From: Longimicrobiales bacterium
GTDB taxonomy: Bacteria > Gemmatimonadota > Gemmatimonadetes > Longimicrobiales > Gaopeijiaceae
Assembly (NCBI GenBank): GCA_965218295.1
Contig: CBDCKN010000017.1
Span: 1-64,000, forward strand
DNA: 64,000 bases
Direction of reading: 5' to 3'
The position numbers were made by a program, and so were the translations under genes. The notes beneath the pieces were generated by a model. It did not search any database. It was not told the origin of the DNA and was given only the letters and a program-made list of their open reading frames with translations. This document shows, in pieces, positions 49,796 to 63,124 of the stretch. Within the stretch, counting starts at the first letter, position 1, and every line of letters starts with the position of its first letter.

Positions 49796-50894
49796 GGTCG
49801 GAGGGCCCGTGTCCACCATCCCGATGCCCGCCCTCACCGACAACATTCGCTTCCCTAGTGGGGAGTACCTCGGCTTCCATTGCGTGCCGAAGGGCCGCAC
49901 TTCCGCGTACGTCCGACACGGAAAAGCCCATGCGCCACGCATAGTAGAAGCCGATGATCGTGACCGGGAAGAAGCCGCCCAGGTGATATCCGAAGGCGAA
50001 GGCCAGCGTGGCGGGTGCTGCCACGCCGTAGACACCATTCAAAGCCAGGTCGGCGCCGAGCTGGAAGGTGCCGAAGAAGCCGGGAGCCGCTGGGATAGCC
50101 ACCGCGAAGCCCACCACGGCCGTGGTAAAGACGGCTGCGTCGAACCCGAGATCGATCCCGAACGCCTTCATGCCGAGCCAAAAGGACCAACCGTGCCACA
50201 GCCAGAAACCGAAGCTCCACACGATGGCCTCGGTGAGCAGCCTCGGATGCCGTAGAACCTTGAGAGCATGAAGGAAGGACTCCAAGGCCCCCACCAGCCT
50301 CTGGCCCAAGGGACCGGGCAGCCGGCCGCACAACGTTTCGGCTAATCGAATGAGAGGCTCTGGAAAGATCAGGAGTGCGATGAGCCCCAGCAGGAAAACC
50401 GCCAGCATCACGAAAGTGGTCTTGAGAACCGCCCCGACGGCTCCGGCCAGGAGATCCTCCGCGCCGGGAAAAGACGGAAGAGCCATCGCCACGAGGAACA
50501 GGGTCACCAGGACGATGGAGTCCAGGAAGCGCTCCACCACTAGGCTCCCGAAGGCTCCCGAGACCGTTACCGGCTCGGCCCGGCTCAGTGCGAAGGGCCT
50601 GGCCAGCTCCCCGAGCCTCGCCGGAAAGACGTTGTTGACGGCGAAGCCGATACAGATGGCTGCGAATCGGGACCGGAGCCTCGTGTCGGGGCTCACCGGT
50701 TGGAGGAGCACGTTCCAGCGGAGCGCGCGGATGAAGTAACCGGCCGTTCCCACCAGAATCGAGGCCAGGAAATACCACGGATTGGCCCGGGAGATCTGTT
50801 CCACGATCTGCCCGGGATCCTCCCCACGCAGCACCCACCAGATGAAGAACGCGCTGACGCCGATTCCGACGACGGCCTTCCAGCTCAGCCTCAA
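49788..50894 (-). CDS. Lysylphosphatidylglycerol synthase TM / flippase-like (UPF0104) protein
   Basis: [33 protein letters not shown]. Confidence 0.88.
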   Translation of the reverse strand: MRLSWKAVVGIGVSAFFIWWVLRGEDPGQIVEQISRANPWYFLASILVGTAGYFIRALRWNVLLQPVSPDTRLRSRFAAICIGFAVNNVFPARLGELARPFALSRAEPVTVSGAFGSLVVERFLDSIVLVTLFLVAMALPSFPGAEDLLAGAVGAVLKTTFVMLAVFLLGLIALLIFPEPLIRLAETLCGRLPGPLGQRLVGALESFLHALKVLRHPRLLTEAIVWSFGFWLWHGWSFWLGMKAFGIDLGFDAAVFTTAVVGFAVAIPAAPGFFGTFQLGADLALNGVYGVAAPATLAFAFGYHLGGFFPVTIIGFYYAWRMGFSVSDVRGSAALRHAMEAEVLPTREANVVGEGGHRDGGHGPSDHA

Positions 50895-51634
50895 GTGCCG
50901 GTCACTCCACCCCTGGCGGCCCGGATGAGCTCACCCATCTCGCGGACTGCCCGTTCCATACCGACGAGAACCGCACGGGAGACGATGGAGTGTCCGATGT
51001 TCAGCTCCTCAATGGGTTCGATGGCGGCCACGGGCATGACGTTCTCATACGTGAGTCCGTGTCCTGCGTGAACCGCCAGGCCGATGCTCTCGGCGAGCCC
51101 GGCGGCATCTGCCAGGCGGGTGAGCTGAGCGTCGCCTTCCGCCTCCGACCACGTGTTGGCGTACTCACCTGTGTGCAGCTCGATGGCATCGACACCAAGG
51201 TCGGCGCAGATGCGGACGAGCTCCTCGTCGGGATCAATGAACAGAGAAGTGCGGATCCCGGCATCGGCGAGCCGCGCCAGAGCCGCACCGGTGGACGCAT
51301 GCACCCCGTCGTCCTGGAGCGCCAGCCCCCCCTCCGTCGTCACCTCCTCGCGCTTCTCGGGGACGAGCGTAGCCTGCATGGGCCGGAGCTCGCACGCGAT
51401 GTCGAGGACATCGGTGGCGGCAGCGAGCTCGAGATTGACCCCTGTGCGCACGGTCTCCATGAGAAGTCGGACGTCCCTCTCGTTGACGTGGCGCCGATCC
51501 TCACGCAGGTGCACCGTGATCCCATGGGCACCCGCCAGCTCGACGAACACGGCGGCACGAACCGGATCGGGTTCGTCAGTGCGACGGGCCTCTCGCACGG
51601 TCGCCACATGATCGATGTTGACGTAGAACCTCAT
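50891..51634 (-). CDS. pdxJ: Pyridoxine 5'-phosphate synthase
   Basis: [37 protein letters not shown]. Confidence 0.97.
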   Translation of the reverse strand: MRFYVNIDHVATVREARRTDEPDPVRAAVFVELAGAHGITVHLREDRRHVNERDVRLLMETVRTGVNLELAAATDVLDIACELRPMQATLVPEKREEVTTEGGLALQDDGVHASTGAALARLADAGIRTSLFIDPDEELVRICADLGVDAIELHTGEYANTWSEAEGDAQLTRLADAAGLAESIGLAVHAGHGLTYENVMPVAAIEPIEELNIGHSIVSRAVLVGMERAVREMGELIRAARGGVTGT

Positions 51635-52500
51635 TGCTCGACCTCGAATAGCTTCCTGACCGATTGCATGGCTTCCTCATCGAGGTCCTGCGACGCCAGG
51701 AGCTCGAGCAGCTCGCGGCCGAGGACCTTGTATACCTCCCTCGATCGCGGGTCGAGACTCCTCAGGTGAAGGCTCAACGTCTCCACTTCCCCTCGGGTGA
51801 CGGGTCCGACCAGGGCCCGCTCCAGGCCCATCTCCTCGATGTTGTCGATCGTTCCGCGCGCCAACGCCAGCAGCGCGCCGACGGCCTCTTCCCCCGAGAC
51901 ACCGGCCGAGCCGAGAAGGCGAAATGCCGACGCGAGCACAGCAGCAAGATAATTCGATCCCAGCACGGCTGCTGCGTGCACCGTTGGACGGTGTCGGGTG
52001 GGTACCGAGAGCGACCTACAGCGCAAAGCACGCAGCAGCCGTTGGGCCACCTGCAGGGCCTGGGGCTCTCCTGCAATCGACACCGACGATCCCGGAAGTC
52101 GATCGGCTCCGGTCACCGGGTGGGCCACGGTCTGAAGCGGATAGAACGAGCCCACCTGGTACCCCACGGCATGGAGAGGGCTCAGGGCCTCGGTGCTCAG
52201 GGCGCCAGACATGTGGAACGCAGCGCAGCGATCGGGCGCCTCTCCCTGTGCGGCCAGAGCCCGAGCCAGCTCCGGGACGACGTCGTCGGGAACGGCGAGG
52301 AAGACCCCGGTCGTCCCCGAAGAGGGCCGCTCCAATCCATACACATAGCGGGCTACGCCCTGGTTGAAGAGCAGATGCGACGGCGGCTCCTGACGTCGTC
52401 CTTGGTACTCGAGGCTTTCCACGCCATCGGCCTGCCAGAGGGCGTGGCCGAGCGCAAGTCCGAGTCTTCCCGGGCCCATGATGACCAGACGGTCACTCAT
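51631..52500 (-). CDS. Rossmann-like / DUF2520 domain protein
   Basis: [31 protein letters not shown]. Confidence 0.85.
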   Translation of the reverse strand: MSDRLVIMGPGRLGLALGHALWQADGVESLEYQGRRQEPPSHLLFNQGVARYVYGLERPSSGTTGVFLAVPDDVVPELARALAAQGEAPDRCAAFHMSGALSTEALSPLHAVGYQVGSFYPLQTVAHPVTGADRLPGSSVSIAGEPQALQVAQRLLRALRCRSLSVPTRHRPTVHAAAVLGSNYLAAVLASAFRLLGSAGVSGEEAVGALLALARGTIDNIEEMGLERALVGPVTRGEVETLSLHLRSLDPRSREVYKVLGRELLELLASQDLDEEAMQSVRKLFEVEQ

Positions 52501-53798
52501 GCGCCTGGGTCGTGCTCCCGGACCAACTCCACGCCCTGAATCCGAAGAAGCCGACCCGACAGCGCCGGAGTGACCCTGATCTCGAGCTCGAGGCTCGTCC
52601 CGTTCTGGGACTGTTCCAGCACCTCACCCTCCCTGTAGAGAAGTGCCAGCGTCTCCCCATCGTGAGCCGGGACCCGTACGGACAGATGCTGGAGTCCGCT
52701 GCGTATCCGAGCCTTCAGGACCGACGTGAGTCCCTCCAGGGTCAGGGGATCGAGAGCGGACAGGAAAACCGCCGGTGTCGGCTCCAGGGCACGAATCCGC
52801 CTTCCGAGGGCATCCTCTTCGCTATGGGTCAGGCGATCGATCTTGTTGAAGGCCAACATCTGCGGCCGATCGGCAAGGTCGAGGGCGTCCAAGGCCTCCT
52901 CGACGACCCGCTTCTGTTCCTCCCAGTCCGGATGGGACGCATCGATGACGTGAACGATGAGATTCGCCTCCCGGGCCTCCTCCAGGGTCGAGCGGAAGGA
53001 AGCCACGAGATGGTGCGGAAGCTTTCTGATGAAGCCCACGGTGTCGGTGACGAGCACCTCGAACCCGTCGCCGAGAGGCACAGATCGGGTCGTGGAGTCC
53101 AGTGTGGCGAACAGCCGGTCCTCTACGAAGAGCTCCGACCCCGACAGCACACGAAGGAGCGAGGACTTGCCGGCATTGGTATAGCCCATGAGAGCCACCC
53201 GAAAGCTCCCGTCACGGGAACGGCGCTGGATCTCCCGCGCACGGGCGACCCCCTCCAGCTTCTTACGTAGATCGGCGATTCTCCGACCGATCAAGCGACG
53301 GTCGGACTCGAGCTGGGTTTCACCCGGCCCCCGGAGGCCCATGCCACCACGGATTCTCGAGAGGTGGGTCCACATCCGCTTGAGACGTGGCAGCAGATAC
53401 TGAAGCTGGGCCAGCTCGACCTGCATCCTGGCCTCGCTGGTGCGAGCCCGGGTCGCGAAGATATCGAGAATGAGCTCGGAGCGATCCATCACCCGGACGC
53501 CTACGCGGTCCTCAATGGCCTTGCCCTGGGCAGGCGTCAGCTCCTCGTCGAAGATTACGAGGTCGGCCGCCTCCGCCTTCACACGCTCCCGAAGCTCGTC
53601 GACCTTCCCCTGGCCGATGTAGAAACGGGGATGGGGGGCGTCGATCCACTGCCGCACGACATCCACTACTTCCCCCCCGGCCGTGTCGGTGAGGCGTGTG
53701 AGCTCCTCGAGGTGCTCCTGAGCAACCCGCTCGTCGAGGGTCTTGAGCAGAGCTCCCACCAAGACGGCCCGGTCGACGGGCGTCTGGTTATCTATCAA
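52497..53798 (-). CDS. hflX: GTPase HflX
   Basis: RGPGETQLE, GYTNAGKS, LFATLD, DTVGFI, NKID. Confidence 0.96.
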   Translation of the reverse strand: MIDNQTPVDRAVLVGALLKTLDERVAQEHLEELTRLTDTAGGEVVDVVRQWIDAPHPRFYIGQGKVDELRERVKAEAADLVIFDEELTPAQGKAIEDRVGVRVMDRSELILDIFATRARTSEARMQVELAQLQYLLPRLKRMWTHLSRIRGGMGLRGPGETQLESDRRLIGRRIADLRKKLEGVARAREIQRRSRDGSFRVALMGYTNAGKSSLLRVLSGSELFVEDRLFATLDSTTRSVPLGDGFEVLVTDTVGFIRKLPHHLVASFRSTLEEAREANLIVHVIDASHPDWEEQKRVVEEALDALDLADRPQMLAFNKIDRLTHSEEDALGRRIRALEPTPAVFLSALDPLTLEGLTSVLKARIRSGLQHLSVRVPAHDGETLALLYREGEVLEQSQNGTSLELEIRVTPALSGRLLRIQGVELVREHDPGA

Positions 53799-55198
53799 CT
53801 GGGTGGGGATGATGACTCCTGGATATCCGAATCTCGCCGGCGAGCCTCTTCCTTGCAGGCTTTCCAGCGGTCGAGCCGATCCTTGATACTCTCTTCGAAG
53901 CCCGCTGATCCCGGCTGGTAGAAGTTCTGTCCCGCCACCTCGCCGGGAAGGTACTCCTGCGGCGTTATCCCCTCCGGCTCATCGGGGTCGTACCGATACC
54001 CCGTGCCATACCCCAGTTCCTTCATGAGGTCCGTGGGAGCATTGCGTATGTGGAGCGGGACAGGCGCCGACGGCGTCTCCCGCGCGCTCCGCAGAGCAGC
54101 CTTCCACGCTACATAGATGCGATTCGACTTGGGGGCGGACGCCAGGTAGACGGCGGCTTCGGCGAGAGCCAGCTCCCCCTCGGGAGGACCCAGGAAGTGG
54201 AAAGCGTCCCTGGCGGCGATGGCCACTCCTAGGGCTCCGGGGTCGGCCAGGCCGACGTCCTCGCTGGCCATGCGAACGAGGCGGCGGGCGATGTAGAGAG
54301 GATCCTCTCCACCTTCGATCATGCGGGCGAGCCAATAGATGGCGCCGTCTGGATCTCCGCCCCGAACGGCCTTGTGGAGGGCCGAGATCAGGTTGTAGTG
54401 CTCCTCCCCCGACTTGTCGTACAGGGCAAACCGATGCTGTACGGCCTCCTCCGCCCTCGATAGGTCCACGGTGCCTCGGGCCCCTGCCAGCTTGGCGGCC
54501 GTCTCCAAGATGCCCAGTCCCCTCCGTGCGTCTCCGTCGGCAGCCCGAGCCATGGCCTCGAGGGCGTCTGAGTCCACTTCGAGCTCCAGGCGGCCCATGC
54601 CTCGCTTCTCGTCCTCCAGCGCCGAGCGAAGGATGTCCGCAACATCTTCGGGAGAGAGCGGTTTCAGGGTGAACACCGGGGCCCGGGAGAGGAGAGGTCG
54701 CACGACCTCGAAGCTCGGATTCTCGGTCGTGGCCCCGATCAGGACAACGGTGCCACTCTCCACGTGGGGAAGAAAAGCGTCCTGCTGCGCCTTGTTGAAT
54801 CGGTGAATCTCGTCGCAGAAGAGGATCGTGCTTCGGTTCGTGGCCCTCCTCCGCTCCTTCGCCTCCTTGATGACCTCCCGCACCCTCGCCACGCCCTCGG
54901 TGACGGCCGAGAAAGCCACGAACGCAGCGTCCGTCCTGTCGGCAACCAGTCGGGCCAGCGTCGTCTTTCCGCTGCCCGGAGGTCCCCAGAGGATCATGCT
55001 CCCGGGATCGCCCTGCTCGATCATGGAGCGCAGGGCCTTTCCGTGCCCGAGGACGTGTTCCTGACCTCGAAACTCCTCCAGCGTTCGGGGGCGCATGCGG
55101 GCCGCGAGGGGAGCGTCGGTGGAGGCCTCGGGAGCGGCACTTCGCGCCGCCGCATCCGCCGGCGGCTCGCTCGCGGGAAACAGACTGAGATCACTCAT
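53795..55198 (-). CDS. rarA: Replication-associated recombination protein A (RarA/MgsA)
   Basis: PLAARMRP, GPPGSGKTT, DEIHRFNKAQQD, ATTENPSF, SEDVGLAD. Confidence 0.96.
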   Translation of the reverse strand: MSDLSLFPASEPPADAAARSAAPEASTDAPLAARMRPRTLEEFRGQEHVLGHGKALRSMIEQGDPGSMILWGPPGSGKTTLARLVADRTDAAFVAFSAVTEGVARVREVIKEAKERRRATNRSTILFCDEIHRFNKAQQDAFLPHVESGTVVLIGATTENPSFEVVRPLLSRAPVFTLKPLSPEDVADILRSALEDEKRGMGRLELEVDSDALEAMARAADGDARRGLGILETAAKLAGARGTVDLSRAEEAVQHRFALYDKSGEEHYNLISALHKAVRGGDPDGAIYWLARMIEGGEDPLYIARRLVRMASEDVGLADPGALGVAIAARDAFHFLGPPEGELALAEAAVYLASAPKSNRIYVAWKAALRSARETPSAPVPLHIRNAPTDLMKELGYGTGYRYDPDEPEGITPQEYLPGEVAGQNFYQPGSAGFEESIKDRLDRWKACKEEARRRDSDIQESSSPPS

Positions 55199-56543
55199 GG
55201 CCTTCGTGATCCGCGTCAAACGGCTCCGACATTTCCAAAAGGAATCCGCCCTTCCGCACGAGCGCCTCGAGCTGGGCCCGGGTGTTCGTCTCCGGGTGCT
55301 CCAGCACGTGCTCCAGCAAAAGCTCGAGGATCTCCCGGAATCTGGGACCCGGGCTGAGCCCCAAGGCCTGGAGATGCTCTCCGTTCAAGGCCAGGTCCGA
55401 GACGGCGAGAGGCGGCTTCGCTCTCAGAACGGAGCGGATGGCCTCGATGCGCCCGACCGCGGTGTCTGCCGACGAGGGACCGGAAACGCCGACCGGATCG
55501 ACGCCCGCACGTGCCTCAGCTAACCAGATCCGTGCCAGGTCCGGGAAGAGCGCAGCGCCGGTCCGGTTGAGCCAGCGCCGGATATCGGCCGATTCGTCAG
55601 ACGGGATCCCCAAGGTCCTGTTGGCCACCAGGGTCGAGACTCGCCTGGTGTCCGCGTTGGAGAACCTGAGCCGGCCCATGAGCCGTTCTACCGTCCCGCG
55701 CACCCCCCGGACGTCACCCGAACGGTCGCAGGCTATTGGCGAGAGGAGGGTCGCCAGACGAACCAGCGGCCGCCCGCGTCGCGCGGCGTCACAGGCCATG
55801 AGGGCGCCGTCCAGGGAGGATGGACCCGAGGTGGCGGTCGCCTCGGCGAGCTCCGGATACAGCTTCGTCAGGGCCCCGGAACGAGCGTAGAGATGGAGAG
55901 CGATCGACGGGCTGTCGGCCTGGGACAGCACCTTCATGAGGTCTTCCTGGATCCGTTCGGCCGACAGCGCGTGCAGCTGCGGTACCGCATCGCAAAGCGC
56001 CTGCCAGGTCTCTTCCTCTATGGTGAAGCCGAACTGGCCCGAGAAGCGGAGAGCCCTCAGCACGCGGAGAAAGTCCTCGCCGAAGCGGTCTGCGGGAGCG
56101 CCCACTGTCCGGAGGACACGCGCCTCCATGTCGGCGAGCCCCTCGCCAGGATCCCGGAGCTCCCCCCGGAGCGGGTGCCACGCGATGGCGTTGAAGGTGA
56201 AGTCCCGCCGGGCCAGATCCTCTTCGATGTCGTCGGCGAACTCCACCACGGCCCGGCGCCCGAACGTCTCTACGTCCCGGCGGAAGGTCGTGACCTCGTA
56301 GAGTGTTCCTCCTCGGGCGAGAACGCCTACCGTGCCGTGCTCGACTCCGATGGGTACGGTCCGGGAGAAGGCGGCCATGATCTCTTCCGGCCTCGCCCTG
56401 GTCGCCATGTCCCAGTCCCCTGCGGGGTGCCCGAGGAGGATGTTGCGGATGGCGCCTCCCACCACCCAGGTCTCGAACCCGGCGTCCTCCAGCGTGGTGG
56501 TGATCCAGCGCACGGCCTCCGGAGCGGCGAGGGTGAAGTCCAC
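55191..56543 (-). CDS. cca: CCA tRNA nucleotidyltransferase / poly(A) polymerase family
   Basis: VGGAIR, DWDMAT, EDLARRDFTFNA, FGEDFLRVLRALRF, SAERI. Confidence 0.88.
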   Translation of the reverse strand: MDFTLAAPEAVRWITTTLEDAGFETWVVGGAIRNILLGHPAGDWDMATRARPEEIMAAFSRTVPIGVEHGTVGVLARGGTLYEVTTFRRDVETFGRRAVVEFADDIEEDLARRDFTFNAIAWHPLRGELRDPGEGLADMEARVLRTVGAPADRFGEDFLRVLRALRFSGQFGFTIEEETWQALCDAVPQLHALSAERIQEDLMKVLSQADSPSIALHLYARSGALTKLYPELAEATATSGPSSLDGALMACDAARRGRPLVRLATLLSPIACDRSGDVRGVRGTVERLMGRLRFSNADTRRVSTLVANRTLGIPSDESADIRRWLNRTGAALFPDLARIWLAEARAGVDPVGVSGPSSADTAVGRIEAIRSVLRAKPPLAVSDLALNGEHLQALGLSPGPRFREILELLLEHVLEHPETNTRAQLEALVRKGGFLLEMSEPFDADHEGHE

Positions 56544-57313
56544 TACCCCACCAGCACCGCTCCCCCGTTGACGTTGAGAATCTCGCCGGTGATGTGGCGC
56601 GCCAGGGGTGAGCAGAGGAAGACGATGGGTCCGGCGATGTCGTCGGCGGTGGCGATCCTGCCCAGAGGGATTGTGGCCTCGATCCGGGGACTATCGTCGG
56701 CCTCCACGACCGGCTGGATCATCTCCGTGTCGATCCAGCCGGGGGCCACGGCGTTGACCGTTACACCCTTGGGGGCCAATTCGACACAGAGCCCCTTGAC
56801 AAGTGAGATGACGCCTCCCTTCGACGCAGCGTAGTCTCCGTGGTAGGCCTCGCCCCGCTGGCCCGCCGTGGAGCTCACCAGAACCATCGCTCCACCCGGT
56901 CGGAGACGTCGGGCCGCTTCTCGCGACGTATAGAAGATCGAGTCCAGGTTGCACGACAGCGTCTTGCGCCACTGGCTCTCGTCCATGTCCGCCAGCGCGA
57001 CATCCTCCGGGGGCCATATCCCGGCATTCCCTATGAAGAAGTCGAGACCGTCGAATTCCCGGTCTGCCCGCTCGAAGAGCCGGCCCGCGTCTTCCGATCG
57101 CGAGAGGTCCCCTGCCTCCGCCCACGCCTTCACCCCCAGGCCACGCAGCTCCTCCACCACCTCTGCGGCGTCCTGCTCACGGGTACGGTAGCCGATGCCG
57201 ACGTCGACGCCGGCCTCGGCCAGGAGTCGGGCCGTGGCGCGCCCCACACCCCGGGAGCCACCGGTTACGACTGCGGTCCGCCCCTTCAGATCGATGAGTG
57301 ACACGTGGTTCAC
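56543..57313 (-). CDS. SDR-family oxidoreductase
   Basis: TGGSRGVG, NAG, YAASK, VNAVAPG. Confidence 0.92.
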   Translation of the reverse strand: MNHVSLIDLKGRTAVVTGGSRGVGRATARLLAEAGVDVGIGYRTREQDAAEVVEELRGLGVKAWAEAGDLSRSEDAGRLFERADREFDGLDFFIGNAGIWPPEDVALADMDESQWRKTLSCNLDSIFYTSREAARRLRPGGAMVLVSSTAGQRGEAYHGDYAASKGGVISLVKGLCVELAPKGVTVNAVAPGWIDTEMIQPVVEADDSPRIEATIPLGRIATADDIAGPIVFLCSPLARHITGEILNVNGGAVLVG

Positions 57314-57504
57314 CTAGTGTGGTGTCACAGAAGTTCGCGAGCCACCGAGAGTGCCGAGGCGCCGGATCCGGGGTACCCGCGCCGCTAGGCGTGGGTCGGG
57401 CGCGACGACGAGGAATAGCAACGCTATTTCAAGGAGGAGGAACGCCGCAGGGCCGGATGCATCGGTGCTCGAATGGCCGAGACACTTCTGTAACACCACA
57501 CTGG
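57314..57504 (+). mobile_element. MITE-like repeat, copy 4 (191 bp)
   Basis: CTAGTGTGGTGTCACAGAAGT...ACTTCTGTAACACCACACTGG; interior nearly identical to copy 3b. Confidence 0.87.
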
Positions 57505-57540
57505 AAGCAAGCACGAGTGAAAGCCCGACTCCCGGCCGGA

Positions 57541-57807
57541 TCACCGGGATCCCTTAGTGGAGTGGACGAGGAGGAGGTCGCCCTCCCGGCCCAGCGCCTC
57601 CACCTGCCGCGCGAAGACATCCTCGAAGCCGAAGTCGTTCGCCGCAGCCGTCAGAACGGAGCTGTCAGTGGTGAACGCCAGCGCCCGCAGCGCCATGGAG
57701 GACACTATCTCGATGTCACCGGCCAGGTCGCGCGCGCACGTTGCCGCGAGCTCCGCCAGCTCGAGCAGTTCTCCCGATCCCTGCGCTTTGTCCGACAAGG
57801 GGCTCAC
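57541..57807 (-). pseudogene. gmhA: Phosphoheptose isomerase (GmhA/SIS) remnant
   Basis: [39 protein letters not shown] retained; GNGGSAADAQH segment and C-terminal half missing. Confidence 0.85.
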
Positions 57808-58622
57808 CCTTTGAATATGCTCTTGAAGCGATTCCAGAACCGACTCTGAATCACCAACGGCGGGACGGGTAGGGGCGCCTCACCCAGGAACACCCGCCAC
57901 GGGTTGCTCACCGTGAGAAGCCGAAGCTGCTCACCGCCACCACGCTCCCGGAAGAAGGCCTCGGATTCTCTAAGGTAGATGCCGAGATGGCGCCGGGCAT
58001 GGAAGTCGCTCGCAAGGTAGTCCACCCAACCCCGTGCGAGAAGCTTGCACGCCACGTCCCTGGCCTCTCTCCCGTAGCGGCCGGCGAAGGATCCGTGATT
58101 CACCTGCAAGTAGGCTCCGGACCTCCGCCAGGCGCCAGCGAGCTCGACTTCGTGCTCGATTCCCTGGTATCGCTCCGGGTGCGCAAGGATCGGTCGGTAC
58201 CCGTCAGCGCAGATCCGCTGGATGACGTGCTCGGTGCGAGGAGGAATCTGGAGTCGCAGCCATTCCACCAGAACGAAGGGCGTTCCAGCCAGCCGGAGCC
58301 GGGGATCCGAGAGGTCCGGATCCGGGACGTCGAGCATGATCTCGTATCCGCGCTGGAACTCAAGCTCGGGGAAGCGATCCGCCACCGCGCGAGACACCTC
58401 CTCCCATGCATCGTCGAGCTGTCCCAGCCGTTCGTCGAGCTTCGCGGGGTCGTGTGTGATGCTCGCGTTCAGGTGAGGAGTGGTGAGGATCCGGCCGATT
58501 CCGGCACTTGCCATCCGCTCCACCGCCTCCAAAGCCTCGTCCAGGGTGCGCGCACCATCGTCCACACCGGGCACGAGATGACTGTGGAGATCAGCCGCCG
58601 TCCCCGACTCACGGAACGTCAT
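57804..58622 (-). CDS. CpsB/CapC-type PHP protein-tyrosine phosphatase
   Basis: [30 protein letters not shown]. Confidence 0.9.
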   Translation of the reverse strand: MTFRESGTAADLHSHLVPGVDDGARTLDEALEAVERMASAGIGRILTTPHLNASITHDPAKLDERLGQLDDAWEEVSRAVADRFPELEFQRGYEIMLDVPDPDLSDPRLRLAGTPFVLVEWLRLQIPPRTEHVIQRICADGYRPILAHPERYQGIEHEVELAGAWRRSGAYLQVNHGSFAGRYGREARDVACKLLARGWVDYLASDFHARRHLGIYLRESEAFFRERGGGEQLRLLTVSNPWRVFLGEAPLPVPPLVIQSRFWNRFKSIFKG

Positions 58623-58623
58623 G

Positions 58624-58943
58624 TCAGCGGCCCGTGGGTGGGGCGGGGCGGGCAGCGTCCGGATGGAGTCGGTCGAGAAGGTCGACGAGCGCGGCCTCCG
58701 TATCCTCCTCACCGGCTGCAGCCTCGCACGCGTAGGTGAGGAGAGCGTCGGCGGCCAGCAGGTGGAACGCTCCCTCCCGGTTTCGCCCCAGCCGTTTGAG
58801 CGCCTCGTCCACGTGGTGCGCTGCAGCGTCGCCCAGCGCCTCGCTGACCGAACTGCCCTGGAAAGGTCCAGGCTCGAGCCAGCGGCGCAGCTCCTCCGGT
58901 GCCGGAGGCTCCCGATCGGCCACCCATCCCTTCAGATCGTCCA

Positions 58944-58944
<1 letters not shown>
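58624..58944 (-). CDS. Hypothetical protein
   Basis: ATG overlaps the alaS stop; fills the gap to the cpsB-like gene. Confidence 0.65.
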
Positions 58945-61613
<2,669 letters not shown>

Positions 61614-61722
61614 GATGACGATTTGTAGGCGTCCATGGGCGCCAATTATAACGACTTGACGAGCCTGACCCAACAACGTCCGGGGCCCGGAAACGGGGCT
61701 TCGAGGAGCCCGCAGATCAACG

Positions 61723-61749
61723 AAAAAGCCCGGTCGCTCGACCGGGCTT
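61723..61749 (-). terminator. Intrinsic terminator downstream of recA
   Basis: Minus strand GCCCGGTC-GAGC-GACCGGGC followed by TTTTT. Confidence 0.8.
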
Positions 61750-61781
61750 CAGGAGACTCTCGGGGAGTGCTCTCCAGGTCG

Positions 61782-62870
61782 TCAGCCTTCGCCGTTCGCC
61801 GTAGCCTCCTTGAGTGGCTCGGCTTCCTGGGCATCGCCCCCCACTCCCAACGCTTCGCGAACACGGGCGTCCACCTCCTCGAGCACGTCGGGATTCTCCG
61901 TGAGGAACTCCCTGGTGTTCTCCTTCCCCTGACCCAGTCGCAGGTCCCCGTACGAATACCAGGACCCCGACTTCTCGAGGATTCCCTCTTCGACGCCAAT
62001 GTCGATGAGAAGACTCTCGTGGCTGATGCCGACGTCGTAGAGAATGTCGAATTCGGCTTGTCTGAAGGGGGGGGCGCACTTGTTCTTCACCACCTTCACG
62101 CGCGTCCGGTTGCCCACGATGTCCGTGCCGTCCTTGATGGCGCCGATGCGCCGGATGTCCAGACGAAGGGACGAGTAGAACTTGAGGGCACGGCCTCCCG
62201 ACGTCGTCTCCGGGTTCCCGAACATCACACCGATCTTCTCCCGGATCTGGTTCGTGAAGATCACGGCGGTCTGGGATCGAGCGACCGCACCGGTCAGCTT
62301 GCGCAATGCCTGGCTCATGAGTCGAGCCTGGAGCCCCACGTGGGAGTCGCCCATCTCCCCTTCGATCTCGGCCCGCGGGACGAGGGCCGCCACCGAGTCC
62401 ACCACGACTACGTCGACGGCACTGCTGCGAATCAGGACCTCGGTAATCTCGAGCGCCTGCTCGCCCGTGTCGGGCTGGGATACGAGCAGGTTGTCCACGT
62501 CCACTCCGAGCTTCTTGGAGTACGTCACGTCCAGAGCGTGCTCGGCGTCCACGAAGGCGGCGATCCCACCGGCCGCCTGCGCGTTGGCGATGACGTGCAG
62601 ACAGAGGGTCGTCTTACCGCTCGATTCGGGGCCGTAGATCTCGGTGATCCGTCCTCTCGGGATACCGCCGATCCCGATGGCGGCATCCAGATTGATGGCG
62701 CCGGTGCCGATGACGTTGATCTCGACCCTCATCCCGTCATCCCCCATCCACATGATGGAGCCCTTCCCGTAGGAACGCTCGATCTGGGTGATGGCCGTGG
62801 AGAGGGCCTTCTTCTTCTTGTCGCTCAACTTCTGGTCGCTCAACTCATGCGTGACTTCTGCGGTCGACAT
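61782..62870 (-). CDS. recA: Recombinase RecA
   Basis: [45 protein letters not shown]. Confidence 0.99.
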   Translation of the reverse strand: MSTAEVTHELSDQKLSDKKKKALSTAITQIERSYGKGSIMWMGDDGMRVEINVIGTGAINLDAAIGIGGIPRGRITEIYGPESSGKTTLCLHVIANAQAAGGIAAFVDAEHALDVTYSKKLGVDVDNLLVSQPDTGEQALEITEVLIRSSAVDVVVVDSVAALVPRAEIEGEMGDSHVGLQARLMSQALRKLTGAVARSQTAVIFTNQIREKIGVMFGNPETTSGGRALKFYSSLRLDIRRIGAIKDGTDIVGNRTRVKVVKNKCAPPFRQAEFDILYDVGISHESLLIDIGVEEGILEKSGSWYSYGDLRLGQGKENTREFLTENPDVLEEVDARVREALGVGGDAQEAEPLKEATANGEG

Positions 62871-62905
62871 TCCATCCTCGCGGAAAAGCGGTGGGGTCGG
62901 AGGCT

Positions 62906-62933
62906 ATTCTACAACACCCGAAGAGAAAGCGAA
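62906..62933 (-). promoter_or_regulatory. Putative recA promoter with overlapping direct-repeat operator
   Basis: TAGAAT -10 at 62906-62911; TTCG-N7-TTCG at 62919-62933 covers the expected spacer/-35 position. Confidence 0.5.
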
Positions 62934-63124
62934 AGTCCTTTGACGCCCGGGAGGCGATCTGTGCAAAGTAAAGCAAGCCTGCGGGCCCAGGAATGTCGCT
63001 CCGCGACGTTCGCGCGTCGGCCCGTTAGGTGTCAGCTTGGGAACCGCACCACGCGCCGGCGGGTTGATGCACCGAACCGATCAGTTCTGGAGCGAAGCCG
63101 GTCGGACGGCCTCACGGGTAACGC

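Noticed and set aside
61614..61781. recX between recA and alaS
   Set aside because: Only 168 bp including a terminator; no recognisable remnant, and absence alone is unremarkable
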